A stretch of 64,000 nt of DNA from an uncultured SAR86 cluster bacterium. Lineage in GTDB: Bacteria > Pseudomonadota > Gammaproteobacteria > Magnimaribacterales > AG-339-G14. A program made the translations under genes and the position numbers. Positions 1-9,459 of the stretch are shown here, piece by piece. Location: the NCBI GenBank assembly GCA_902536295.1, contig CACAWS010000001.1, positions 43,452 through 107,451 of the forward strand, in the 5' to 3' direction. Below the pieces are notes generated by a model, which searched no databases, was not told the DNA's origin, and was given only the letters and a program-made list of their open reading frames with translations. Positions within the stretch are counted from its first letter, which is position 1; each line of letters starts with the position of its first letter.

Positions 1-237
1 TTCAATAGTTTCTACAATTTGAAAGTTACTTAGCCCAATGCTTCCCGATAACGGAGAACTTTCTTGCATCTGAGTTGAAGCATCAAGCAATAGTATGGAG
101 TCCTGAGTATTAACTGTTTTACTCATAAAGGGGGTAATAATTAACAGTAAAAAGAATATTAATAAGAAAATAATAAATAACGTGTTTATAAATATTTTCC
201 TAACAAAATCTATTTTATCTAGTAAGTTTGTAAACAT
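1..237 (-). CDS. sppA: Signal peptide peptidase SppA-like protein, N-terminal fragment (gene runs off the window start)
   Basis: Not in the ORF track because no stop lies in the window. Manual minus-strand translation from the ATG at 237 gives MFTNLLDKIDFVRKIFINTLFIIFLLIFFLLLI...SILLLDASTQMQE...LSNFQIVETIE. A TM anchor is followed by 'FVR', 'LLLD' and 'F.IV.TI' blocks resembling the E. coli SppA N-terminus as I recall it. Confidence 0.45.
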   Translation of the reverse strand, partial: MFTNLLDKIDFVRKIFINTLFIIFLLIFFLLLIITPFMSKTVNTQDSILLLDASTQMQESSPLSGSIGLSNFQIVETIE

Positions 238-276
238 AACGATTATTAATGAGTTATTATAAAATTTAACAGATTT

Positions 277-714
277 ATGAGAATCTTTCTTACATCATTT
301 TTCTTATTTTTTTTATTGAGCTGTTCAAATTATGAATTGTCGTTTCATAATCAGAAAGGAAAAAATTTGAATGACTTAGAAGGAAAGTGGACCGTAATAA
401 ATTATTGGGCTGATTGGTGTCCTCCGTGTATAAAAGAAATTCCTGAATTGCATAATTTGGATAAAAATCATGAAGATATCCAAGTTTTTCTTTTTAATTT
501 TGATAGATTAGAAGGAGAAGAGCTCAATGAACAAATGGTAAGATTCAATATCACACTGCCAGCTTTGATAACAAATCCTCAAGATTTTTACGATATAGTG
601 ATACCAGAAGCTTTACCCGTTTCCTATCTAATAAATCCTAATCTTCAATTGGTTGAAACTTTAAATGGACCACAAACTGAAATGAGTTTTCTAGAAGTTA
701 TTAAAAATTATTGA
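277..714 (+). CDS. Thioredoxin-fold thiol:disulfide oxidoreductase, lipoprotein-like (TlpA/ResA family)
   Basis: Signal peptide with lipobox-like FLLSC. WCPPC redox motif in 'INYWADWCPPCIKEIPEL'. Confidence 0.8.
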   Translation: MRIFLTSFFLFFLLSCSNYELSFHNQKGKNLNDLEGKWTVINYWADWCPPCIKEIPELHNLDKNHEDIQVFLFNFDRLEGEELNEQMVRFNITLPALITNPQDFYDIVIPEALPVSYLINPNLQLVETLNGPQTEMSFLEVIKNY

Positions 715-1544
715 ATAAATAATTCTGGATTTAATTTTTTATTTAAAAAAATAACTTCAAAATGTAAATGAGGTCCAGTTACTCTTCCAGATTTACCTAC
801 CAAACCAATTAATTGGCCTTTTTTAACGATTTCATTTTCGGTTACAAACGATTCATTAAGGTGAGAGTATGAAGTTTTAAAATTATTGCCATGCCCTAAA
901 AGAACAAAATTTCCTTTGTAAAAAAATTCATCTGATAATAGAACAATTCCATCAGCTGAAGCATAAACAGGCTCTCCAATATTTGCTGCGATATCTAATC
1001 CAAGATGTGGATTTCTTTGAACATTATTAATGAACCTCTTTACTCCATATTCACTAGAAATAATTCCATTTGAGGGATTCAGCAAAGGAAACTCTAAATT
1101 TGCTGCTGAATATTCTCTTTCAAGAGCTCTAATATAAATATTTCTTTCTCTATCAATTCTTATTAAATCTTTTTCACTAATCTGATTGAATTTATTTTCT
1201 GTGATACTTATATATGAATTTCTAAATCTTTTATCCAGAATTTCTAGTCCCAAGGCTTTAAAAGCTTTCTTATCATAGTTGTAGGATATTGGGGCGATAA
1301 TCCTTTGTCTTTTTCCAACACCACATTCAATATAATCAATTGCCAAAATATCTACATCAATTTCGCTTTTATTTGAATTTACAATGCCTCCGGGTTCCAA
1401 TGATTGATCAGGAAAATTACAGTTAGAGCTAAATATTGGTATGGAACTGCAATTAATCAAAATTAAAGGCAAAAGGAAAAATAATTCAATTCTTAAGAAT
1501 TTTCGAATCAAACGTAGATTCTGAAACTTTAGTTGTAACAACAT
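708..1544 (-). CDS. M23 family metallopeptidase (lipoprotein-like)
   Basis: M23 motifs HxxxD ('HLGLDIAA'), 'SYSHL' and HxH ('TGPHLHFEV'). I moved the start to the internal ATG at 1544, which precedes the signal/lipobox 'LLPLILINC'. The track start at 1628 would overlap xseA by 143 nt. Confidence 0.75.
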   Translation of the reverse strand: MLLQLKFQNLRLIRKFLRIELFFLLPLILINCSSIPIFSSNCNFPDQSLEPGGIVNSNKSEIDVDILAIDYIECGVGKRQRIIAPISYNYDKKAFKALGLEILDKRFRNSYISITENKFNQISEKDLIRIDRERNIYIRALEREYSAANLEFPLLNPSNGIISSEYGVKRFINNVQRNPHLGLDIAANIGEPVYASADGIVLLSDEFFYKGNFVLLGHGNNFKTSYSHLNESFVTENEIVKKGQLIGLVGKSGRVTGPHLHFEVIFLNKKLNPELFIQ

Positions 1545-2838
1545 CACCAGGAGAGTAATCTTTTTTTGATCTAATAATTTTACCAGTTTTCTTATTTTTA
1601 GTAATTGAATACCCTCTAGAGAGAACATTTAAAGGACTAAGCGAATTCATTTCGCCAACAAGCCTAGAAAATTTTCCTTTTTTTAATTCAATAGAAGACT
1701 GGATATTTTTCTCTAACATACCTTGGTTTGATTTTATTTCTTGTTTAGAAATAAGAATTTTTTGAGCCGGATTATATTTTGATAATTCTGAATAAGTAAG
1801 AGATATATCACTTCGTAATTTATTTAAAATTTTCTTTGCAATGATAGAAAGTAAATTTTCAAAACTATCAAGCTTTTGATGTACTTGAAGTAGTTTAGTT
1901 CTGGGGTTAATTAAACTTTTATTTAGTATTTTTAAATTATTATTACTGTTGCTTATTTTATTTCTTAGAGTGTTAACTAAAGATTCGAAAGTTTCTTTTA
2001 AATTAGTTTGGGTTTCTAAATAACTCTCGCTAATAATTTCTGCTGCAGCTGAAGGTGTCGGAGCTCTTAGATCTGAAACAAAATCACAAATTGTAAAATC
2101 TGTTTCATGTCCTATTGCGCTGATAGTCGGAATTTTAAGATTATATATTTCGTTGGCTAGCTTCTCTGAATTAAAAGACCATAAATCCTCTAAAGAACCA
2201 CCACCTCTTGCAAAAATTATGGCATCTATATTGTTTATTACTTGAAGTTTTTTTATTTGCGAAAAAGTTTTCAAAATACTTTCTTCTGAGCCTTCGCCCT
2301 GCACTAGACACGGAATTAATGAAACATTAATTAGAGGAGCTCTTCTATTTAGTACATTTCTGATATCTTGAATCACTGCTCCATTTGGAGAGGTCACCAC
2401 AACAATATGTTGAGGAAGACTAGGCATACTTACTTTTTTTTCATCATCAAAATATCCTTCTGCTTGAAGTTTTCTTTTCAGAGCTTCAAAATTTTTGAGT
2501 AAAACACCTTCGCCTGCGTATTCTATTGAGTCCACCTGAAATTGATATGTGCCTTTAGCGACATACATAGATATCGAACCATTTAAGATGAGTTGATCTC
2601 CATCTAAGGGCTGCATATTTGCAGAATTATTTCTAAACCTAAACATTACGCATTGAATTTCCGAACTATCATCTTTTATTTTGAAATACCAATGCCCTGA
2701 ATCATAAGCTCTGAAGTTTGTAACTTCTCCCTGTATCCAAATTGATGAATAATTTTTTTCTAAAAGTCTTTTTGCTGAGTTATTTAAATCAGAAACAGAC
2801 AGGATTTTTAAATTATTATTTTGATTAGGTTCTCGCAT
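1486..2838 (-). CDS. xseA: Exodeoxyribonuclease VII large subunit
   Basis: 450 aa. N-terminal OB-fold block 'IWIQGEVTNFRAYDSGHWYF', catalytic block 'ARGGGSLEDLWSFN', 'GHETDFTI', long C-terminal coiled coil. Confidence 0.9.
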   Translation of the reverse strand: MREPNQNNNLKILSVSDLNNSAKRLLEKNYSSIWIQGEVTNFRAYDSGHWYFKIKDDSSEIQCVMFRFRNNSANMQPLDGDQLILNGSISMYVAKGTYQFQVDSIEYAGEGVLLKNFEALKRKLQAEGYFDDEKKVSMPSLPQHIVVVTSPNGAVIQDIRNVLNRRAPLINVSLIPCLVQGEGSEESILKTFSQIKKLQVINNIDAIIFARGGGSLEDLWSFNSEKLANEIYNLKIPTISAIGHETDFTICDFVSDLRAPTPSAAAEIISESYLETQTNLKETFESLVNTLRNKISNSNNNLKILNKSLINPRTKLLQVHQKLDSFENLLSIIAKKILNKLRSDISLTYSELSKYNPAQKILISKQEIKSNQGMLEKNIQSSIELKKGKFSRLVGEMNSLSPLNVLSRGYSITKNKKTGKIIRSKKDYSPGDVVTTKVSESTFDSKILKN

Positions 2839-2874
2839 TAATGCAGTATAAACAATTAAAAATCATATATTGAA

Positions 2875-3756
2875 ATGAATGAAAAAATTATTCCAATTTT
2901 AGCAACTTGCATAGGTGGTTGCTTGATAGGACTAGCGCCAATTTTCGTTAGAGTTAGCGAAGTAGGGCCATCTTTTACCGGTCTTTATAGATTTATATTT
3001 GCAACTCTTCTAATTTTTATATTTGGAGTAGTTTCAAAAAAACTTAAATTTTTTAAATACAAACAATTATATTTAGTTGCTATACCTGGTTTATTTTTCG
3101 GAGTGGACATAACTCTTTGGCATTCATCTATCACCATGACTTCAGTCGCGAACGCTACGTTATTTGTTAATACAGCTCCTTTATATGTTTGTCTTTTTGC
3201 TTATATTTTGTTTAAAGAAAAACTAAGTTTTCTTTTTACAATTGCTTTAATGCTCTGTTCTGCAGGAATTATCATTCTGACTACCACAAATTCTTCTTTT
3301 GACGGGAGCTTATATTCTTTCGGTAACACGTTAGCGCTGCTGGGAGCTTTTTTTTATGCAGGATATTTATTTTCTATCTATAAGTTATCAACTCAGTTTG
3401 ATACATTCAATTTAATTTTTTATTCATGTTTGTTTGCTTGCATACCCATAGGTATAGGAAGCCTCTTTGAGATAGATAATCCATTTCCAAATTCATATCT
3501 AGGATGGATTAATTTCCTTGGTCAAGCTGTTTTTGTTCAGATTATGGGTCAGGGATTAGTAATTTATGGCCTTAGTCGAATCAAACCTCAAATTTCGTCT
3601 CTTCTTTTATTATTTCAACCTGTTTCCGCGACTATTTTGGGTATTTATTTTTTTTCTGAGACTTTATTAATAGGTCAATTTATTGGTGTTATTATTCTTC
3701 TTGTAGGTATTTATTTCGCAGGTTTAAGCGAAAGACTAAATAGAGGAAATTCATGA
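2875..3756 (+). CDS. EamA/DMT-superfamily transporter
   Basis: 293 aa and about 10 hydrophobic helices arranged as two EamA-like halves. 4-nt overlap with the next gene. Confidence 0.75.
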   Translation: MNEKIIPILATCIGGCLIGLAPIFVRVSEVGPSFTGLYRFIFATLLIFIFGVVSKKLKFFKYKQLYLVAIPGLFFGVDITLWHSSITMTSVANATLFVNTAPLYVCLFAYILFKEKLSFLFTIALMLCSAGIIILTTTNSSFDGSLYSFGNTLALLGAFFYAGYLFSIYKLSTQFDTFNLIFYSCLFACIPIGIGSLFEIDNPFPNSYLGWINFLGQAVFVQIMGQGLVIYGLSRIKPQISSLLLLFQPVSATILGIYFFSETLLIGQFIGVIILLVGIYFAGLSERLNRGNS

Positions 3757-5525
3757 CGAAAGAAATGATTAGAATTGCAAATTGCAGTGGTTTTTATGGA
3801 GACAAATTGTCCGTTGCCAAAGATATGGTTGAAGGAGGACCAATAGATGTCCTTACAGGTGATTATCTTGCAGAACTCACCATGACAATTCTATATAACC
3901 AAAAAATAAAAAGGGGAGAAGATCATGGCTATGTTGGAACCTTTCTTAAACAGTTTAAAGATGTTGCAAAATCAACCCAAGAAAAAAATATTAAAATTGT
4001 ATCTAATGCTGGAGGATTGAATCCAAAGGCCATGGCTTTAGAAGTAGAAAAAATAATAGACGAATTAAATTTAAAATTGAAAGTAGCTTATATAGAAGGT
4101 GATGACTTAATCCCTGAATTCCAAAAGCTTTCTGAAGCTGGCGAAAAATTCAAAAATTTAGACAATGAGATTAACTTATCAGATTATCCAAAAAAACCGA
4201 TCACAGCCAATGCATATTTAGGAGCTTGGGGTATTAAAGAGGCCTTAGACAATGGCGCGGATGTTGTGATTTGTCCTAGAGTTACAGACGCTGCGGTCGT
4301 AATTGGACCTGCAGCATGGAAATTTAATTGGTCAAGAGATCAATATGATGAACTTGCAGGAGCTTTAGCAGCTGGACACATAATTGAGTGTGGAGCCCAA
4401 GCTACTGGAGGAAATTATTCGTTTTTTCAGGAAATACCAACTTTTGATAATATTGGCTATCCAATAGCTGAGATATATAAAGATGGTAGTTTTGTGATAA
4501 CAAAACATGACAATACCGGTGGACTTGTTTCAGTTGGAACTGTCACGGCTCAACTGCTTTATGAAATAGGATCTCCAGCATATTTGAATCCAGATGTTAT
4601 TAGTCATTTTGATACACTTAAAATTTCACAGGAGTCAGAAAATAGAGTACTAGTGGAAAATCCTAGAGGCAGCAGCCCAACAAAAACTCATAAGGTTTGC
4701 GTTAATTTAGTTGGTGGTTATAGAAACGGCATTGAATTATTACTGACCGGATTAGACATCGAAGAAAAAGCGGAATTAATTATTGATCAAATTTTCAAAT
4801 CTGTGGGTGGAAAAGAAATATTCGATAAAGTAGACGTCCAATTACACAGAACAGATAAATTAGATGCAAATTCAAACGAAGAAGCACAAGCTTTTCTGAG
4901 AATAGATGTTATGTCCTCAAACCCAGATCTGGTTGGGAGGCTTTTTAATGCAAAAATTGTAGAGCTGGCACTAGCAAACTTTCCTGGTTGGACTGGAAGG
5001 TCTGGAGTAGTGCCGAATGGAGCTTATATAGAATATTGGCCTACGTTAGTGGACAGTAAACACATCAAAGAGATAGTAAATATTGGCAACAAAAAGATTG
5101 AGGTTTTACCTACCAGTCAAATGAATCTTGAAGAAAAATATTATCAAAAAGAGCCCTTTGAGTTGAAAAAAATTGATCCATCTAATTTTGAAAAAATTTT
5201 CTTTGGGAGGTTATTTGGAACGCGTTCAGGAGATAAGGGAGGTTGCGCGAATTTAGGTGTTTGGGCTAAAAATGAAGAAAGTTATTCCTTTTTATTTGAT
5301 TTTCTTACAGTGGAAAAGTTAAAAGAATTATTACCTGATCTTGATCAATATAAAATAGATAGATATGAATTACCTAACATAAACTCGTTAAACTTTTACG
5401 TTCATGGAATATTACAAGAGGGTGTTTCGTCTTCGACAAGAATGGATGGACAAGCAAAATCCTTGGGTGAGTATTTAAGATCTAAGGAGATTCAAGTACC
5501 ATCACAATTAATAACTAACAAATAA
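3753..5525 (+). CDS. AtuA-family protein (DUF1446, acyclic terpene utilisation A-like)
   Basis: 590 aa. The N-terminus 'IRIANCSGFYGDKLSVAKDMVEGGPIDVLTGDYLAELTM' is the characteristic DUF1446 opening. Confidence 0.7.
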   Translation: MTKEMIRIANCSGFYGDKLSVAKDMVEGGPIDVLTGDYLAELTMTILYNQKIKRGEDHGYVGTFLKQFKDVAKSTQEKNIKIVSNAGGLNPKAMALEVEKIIDELNLKLKVAYIEGDDLIPEFQKLSEAGEKFKNLDNEINLSDYPKKPITANAYLGAWGIKEALDNGADVVICPRVTDAAVVIGPAAWKFNWSRDQYDELAGALAAGHIIECGAQATGGNYSFFQEIPTFDNIGYPIAEIYKDGSFVITKHDNTGGLVSVGTVTAQLLYEIGSPAYLNPDVISHFDTLKISQESENRVLVENPRGSSPTKTHKVCVNLVGGYRNGIELLLTGLDIEEKAELIIDQIFKSVGGKEIFDKVDVQLHRTDKLDANSNEEAQAFLRIDVMSSNPDLVGRLFNAKIVELALANFPGWTGRSGVVPNGAYIEYWPTLVDSKHIKEIVNIGNKKIEVLPTSQMNLEEKYYQKEPFELKKIDPSNFEKIFFGRLFGTRSGDKGGCANLGVWAKNEESYSFLFDFLTVEKLKELLPDLDQYKIDRYELPNINSLNFYVHGILQEGVSSSTRMDGQAKSLGEYLRSKEIQVPSQLITNK

Positions 5526-5526
5526 G

Positions 5527-6309
5527 ATGAAATTATCTTTGAAAGGTTTAAATTTTTTAGCAACTAAAATTGATGTTTCTGAAAATATTTTAACCATCAC
5601 TTTAAATCGTCCTGAGAAAAAAAATGCTCTTAACAATGTCATGATGAATGAAATTAACTATGCATTGGCTTATGCAAAGCAAGAAAAATCAATTAGGGTA
5701 ATTATTATAGCTGCTGAGGGCGATATCTTTTGTGCAGGAGCCGATCTTAGAAGAGAAGAGTCAGAATCGAATGTTCCAAAATTGAAAGATAATGATGATC
5801 TTAGTCTAGCCTTGAGGCATATATACAAACCAGTAATATGTAAGATTCAAGGTTCTGTTCTTGCCGGCGCTCTATTAATGGTTACAAATTCTTCACATGC
5901 TATAGCAGTTGAAGATGCTAAGTTTTCTGCTCCAGAAATCCACCGAGGCCTTTGGCCGCATATGGTGATGGCAGGATTATTTAGAGTTATGCCAAAAAGA
6001 GCTGGCTTAGATTTTGTAATGAGAGGAAAGCCAATTGATGCTATGGAAGCAGAAAGATTGGGTTTAATCAATAAATCAGTTTCAAAAAAAGATTTAGATC
6101 AAACAGTTTCAGATTTAGCAAAAGAACTTTCTAGTCTTGCTCCGGGAACTATGCAATTCGGTCTTGAAGCTTATGAAAAACAAGACTCTATGAGTTTTGA
6201 TGAAGCATTACCTTTTTTACAAAAACAAATTGCTAAAACATTTGAAGGGCCCGATGCAAAAGAGGGAATAGCAGCGTTTTTAGAAAAAAGAGATCCTAAT
6301 TGGGATTAA
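5527..6309 (+). CDS. Enoyl-CoA hydratase/isomerase (crotonase fold)
   Basis: 260 aa. 'LNRPEKKNAL' and 'FCAGADL' oxyanion-hole motifs, C-terminal 'EGIAAFLEKR'. Confidence 0.85.
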   Translation: MKLSLKGLNFLATKIDVSENILTITLNRPEKKNALNNVMMNEINYALAYAKQEKSIRVIIIAAEGDIFCAGADLRREESESNVPKLKDNDDLSLALRHIYKPVICKIQGSVLAGALLMVTNSSHAIAVEDAKFSAPEIHRGLWPHMVMAGLFRVMPKRAGLDFVMRGKPIDAMEAERLGLINKSVSKKDLDQTVSDLAKELSSLAPGTMQFGLEAYEKQDSMSFDEALPFLQKQIAKTFEGPDAKEGIAAFLEKRDPNWD

Positions 6310-6313
6310 TCAA

Positions 6314-7480
6314 ATGAAAATTTTAGCCTTAGGCGGTAGTGGGGGCATGGGAAGATTTGCAGTGAAGTCTTTATTAAATTTTCCTATCATTTCTAAAATT
6401 ATTGTCGCCGACTTAAACGAAAGCTCTGCCAAGCAATTTGCTGCTAACTTCAACGAAAAGGTTGAAGGAGTAGGACTTGATGTTACAGATCATAAAAAAT
6501 TATCTGAGGCGATGTCTGCAGTTCAAGTGGTAATAAATACTACGGGTCCATTCTATAAGTTTGCCGAACCCATTCTGAGAATAGCTATAGAAAACAAATG
6601 CAATTATTTGGATATTTGTGATGATTGGGAACCAACGGAAAAAATGCTTTCTTTAAATGAAACTGCAAAAAAAAATGGAATTACAGCAATTTTAGGTATA
6701 GGCGCAAGCCCAGGAATTACTAACGTTTTAGGTGCTTTAGCAATTAGAGAATTAGATTCAACAGAAAAGATTTATACCGGATGGGATATTTCATCGGCAA
6801 AACCTGCAAAAGAATCTTCTCAGGCAGGTGTTAATGCAGCGATGCTCCATGGAATTGAACAGATGATTGGAAGAATTAAAATTTTTAGAAATTATAACTA
6901 TGAATTAATTAGACCTCTTTCAAAGATTAATTTTATGTATCCTGAAATTGGATCTAAATCAGCATACGTTTTCGGTCATCCTGAAGCTATTACCTTTCCA
7001 TATCATTATCCTGATTTGAAAGAATCTATAAATCTTATGCATGGCGCGACTAATTTCTCAATTAAATTAATTAAAATAATAAGGACTTTTGTAGAGTTAA
7101 ATATACTCACAAAAAATTGGGCTGCTAAAATTTTAGAATCTTTAGAAACTAATCCTAATAAAAAAATTAAATTAAAATCTTTCTCTAATCTCCCAGGAGT
7201 TTATGCATATGCGGAAGGTATAAAAAATGGAAAACGCTGTAGGGTGGGAGTAAGTTTAGAAGGAGAAGACGACTTAAATAATTTATCAATGGGAGAGGCT
7301 ACTGGTTTCCCTTTGGCTTGTGGAGTAAAAATGCTTTTGAATGACGAAATTAAAGAAACAGGAGTGTTTGCGCCAGAATCACAAAACATTAATCCTGAGT
7401 TATTTTTTCAATATCTAGAAAAAGAAATAGGGGGGACTGCTAGGATTAAACCCATAATTAGTACCGAAAATATTTTTTAA
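6314..7480 (+). CDS. Saccharopine dehydrogenase-like NAD(P)-binding protein
   Basis: 388 aa. N-terminal Rossmann 'ILALGGSGGMG', 'YLDICDD', 'GASPGITN' blocks typical of the Sacchrp_dh family. Confidence 0.65.
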   Translation: MKILALGGSGGMGRFAVKSLLNFPIISKIIVADLNESSAKQFAANFNEKVEGVGLDVTDHKKLSEAMSAVQVVINTTGPFYKFAEPILRIAIENKCNYLDICDDWEPTEKMLSLNETAKKNGITAILGIGASPGITNVLGALAIRELDSTEKIYTGWDISSAKPAKESSQAGVNAAMLHGIEQMIGRIKIFRNYNYELIRPLSKINFMYPEIGSKSAYVFGHPEAITFPYHYPDLKESINLMHGATNFSIKLIKIIRTFVELNILTKNWAAKILESLETNPNKKIKLKSFSNLPGVYAYAEGIKNGKRCRVGVSLEGEDDLNNLSMGEATGFPLACGVKMLLNDEIKETGVFAPESQNINPELFFQYLEKEIGGTARIKPIISTENIF

Positions 7481-7481
7481 T

Positions 7482-9401
7482 TTAATCCAAAATAACCAAG
7501 GGCTCACCATTTTCGACTTGCTGATTTTTGGATACAAGAATATCTGAAACCTTTCCGTTATTTGGAGCTAGTACTTGGTGCTCCATCTTCATTGCCTCTA
7601 ATATCAATAAAGTATCTCCTTTCTTAATCTTCGACCCTTTTTTGATCTTTATTTCGACTACTTTACCAGGCATCGGAGCAGTTAAACTCCCTTCTGGAGC
7701 CTTTTCTTCTCTGACAGAAAATTTTGGTAAAATTTTAAATAACACATCGCCACTTTTAGTATTAATTAATATTAAGTCTTTTTCATAAGTAATTTTTGAT
7801 CTTAATCTTGAATTATCAATTTCTATATCTATGAAATTAGGAGCCCATGAGTGGATAATGGCTTTCTTTCCATCTGATATAGAAAAAGTATTGTCTCTAT
7901 TTCTTTTATATTTAATTAAAATTTTCTCGCCACTGTAATCAAAATTTACTTCTTGATTAGGTAAACGGGCATTGTTCCAGCCTGAAGCTAGATTTGACAA
8001 TACTTCTGAATCATTTCTATTTTTTCCTTGAACCCACATAGAAGCAGAAATTGCAGTCAATAATACTTCTTCCTTAGTTAAGTTGATTTCATCTTTGATG
8101 TTAGCCTGATTTAGGAAATCTGTAGTTGTGTTACCTTTTAAAAATTCTTCAGATCTTAAAATTGCTATAAGATAATCTCTATTAGTTTTTAGACCTCCAA
8201 AATGACTTTTTTCAAGTGCAAGAGCTAATTTATTTGCTGCTTCAATTCTATCCTCTCCATAGGAAATAATTTTTGCAAGCATGGGATCAAAATTAGGAGT
8301 AATTTCTGAACCGGATTCAACTCCAACGTCCCATCTCACTAAGGGTTCTTCACAGGGGTCAAAGGCAATTAATTTTCCTGTTACAGGCAAAAAATCATTT
8401 CCTGGATCTTCTGAATAAAGTCTTACTTCTATCGACGAACCTATAATTTCAACGTCATCTTGAGTAATACTCAGAGGGTCTCCGTTGGCAATTTTAAGTT
8501 GTTCTCGAACTAAATCAATTCCTGTCACTTCCTCAGTAACTGGGTGTTCAACCTGCAATCTCGTATTTACTTCAAGAAACCAAAATTCTTTTGTTTTTTC
8601 ATCAAACAGAAATTCAACAGTGCCAGCCGATTCATACTTTAGTAGTGAAGCCATTTTAATGGCAGCTTCTCCCATTTTGTTTCTTAAATCGTAATCAATG
8701 ATAGGGGAAGGAGATTCTTCAACAACCTTTTGATGACGTCGTTGAATGGAACATTCTCTCTCTCCTAAATGAATAATGTTTCCATGTGAATCTCCTAAAA
8801 TTTGAATCTCAATATGTCTTGATTTTGCTATATATCTCTCCAAAAAAACTCTTTTATCGCCAAATCCTCCCTCAGCTTCTCTTTCTGCAGAAGTAATTGC
8901 ATCTTTTAATTCTTTTTGTTTTCTAACAATTCTCATTCCTTTACCGCCGCCCCCAGCCGCAGCTTTTACTAAGATGGGGAAACCTATTTTGTCAGCATTT
9001 TTGGGATTATTAGTCATAGGTAAGGTGGGAACTCCAGCTTTTTCAGATAAAGTCTTCGCGATTAATTTATCTCCCATTTTTTTTATAGCATTAGCAGAAG
9101 GACCAACCCATTTTAAATTTGCTTTTTTTACTTGATTTGCAAAATTGTAATTCTCAGACAAGAATCCATATCCAGGATGAATTGCATCTACATTTGCCTT
9201 AGAAGCTATATTAAGAATTTCTTTTGAATCCAAATAAGAAGTCTCTAGTTTAAATGCTTCATTTGCTTGCCTGACATAAGGGGAGTTCGAATCAGGTTCA
9301 GTATATATAGCAACAGTAGCTATACCCATATCATGAGCTGAGCGAATAATTCTGCTTGCGATTTCGCCTCTATTTGCAATCAAAAGTTTTTTTATCGTCA
9401 T
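7482..9401 (-). CDS. Biotin-dependent acyl-CoA carboxylase alpha subunit (biotin carboxylase + BCCP; methylcrotonyl-/geranyl-CoA carboxylase type)
   Basis: 639 aa. 'LLIANRGEIA', ATP-grasp 'GGGGKGMR', 'EVNTRLQVEHPVTE', C-terminal biotinylation motif 'EAMKMEH'. Confidence 0.9.
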   Translation of the reverse strand: MTIKKLLIANRGEIASRIIRSAHDMGIATVAIYTEPDSNSPYVRQANEAFKLETSYLDSKEILNIASKANVDAIHPGYGFLSENYNFANQVKKANLKWVGPSANAIKKMGDKLIAKTLSEKAGVPTLPMTNNPKNADKIGFPILVKAAAGGGGKGMRIVRKQKELKDAITSAEREAEGGFGDKRVFLERYIAKSRHIEIQILGDSHGNIIHLGERECSIQRRHQKVVEESPSPIIDYDLRNKMGEAAIKMASLLKYESAGTVEFLFDEKTKEFWFLEVNTRLQVEHPVTEEVTGIDLVREQLKIANGDPLSITQDDVEIIGSSIEVRLYSEDPGNDFLPVTGKLIAFDPCEEPLVRWDVGVESGSEITPNFDPMLAKIISYGEDRIEAANKLALALEKSHFGGLKTNRDYLIAILRSEEFLKGNTTTDFLNQANIKDEINLTKEEVLLTAISASMWVQGKNRNDSEVLSNLASGWNNARLPNQEVNFDYSGEKILIKYKRNRDNTFSISDGKKAIIHSWAPNFIDIEIDNSRLRSKITYEKDLILINTKSGDVLFKILPKFSVREEKAPEGSLTAPMPGKVVEIKIKKGSKIKKGDTLLILEAMKMEHQVLAPNNGKVSDILVSKNQQVENGEPLVILD

Positions 9402-9459
9402 AATCTAAATACACCAAAACCTTTTTTATAGTCATAATCTAAATACACCAAAACCTTTT
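9397..9459. repeat. 34-bp tandem duplication (two 29-nt identical cores, 9397-9425 and 9431-9459) spanning the beta-stop/alpha-start junction
   Basis: 'gtcataatctaaatacaccaaaacctttt' occurs twice, 34 bp apart. The flanking 'ttttttat[c/a]' is also shared. Confidence 0.9.

Noticed and set aside
708-1628. Track start at 1628 for the M23 peptidase (306 aa).
   Set aside because: It would overlap xseA by 143 nt and add a non-signal N-terminal extension. The ATG at 1544 gives a basic n-region plus hydrophobic core and lipobox-like 'ILINC'. A 59-nt overlap with xseA remains, so the exact start is still uncertain.
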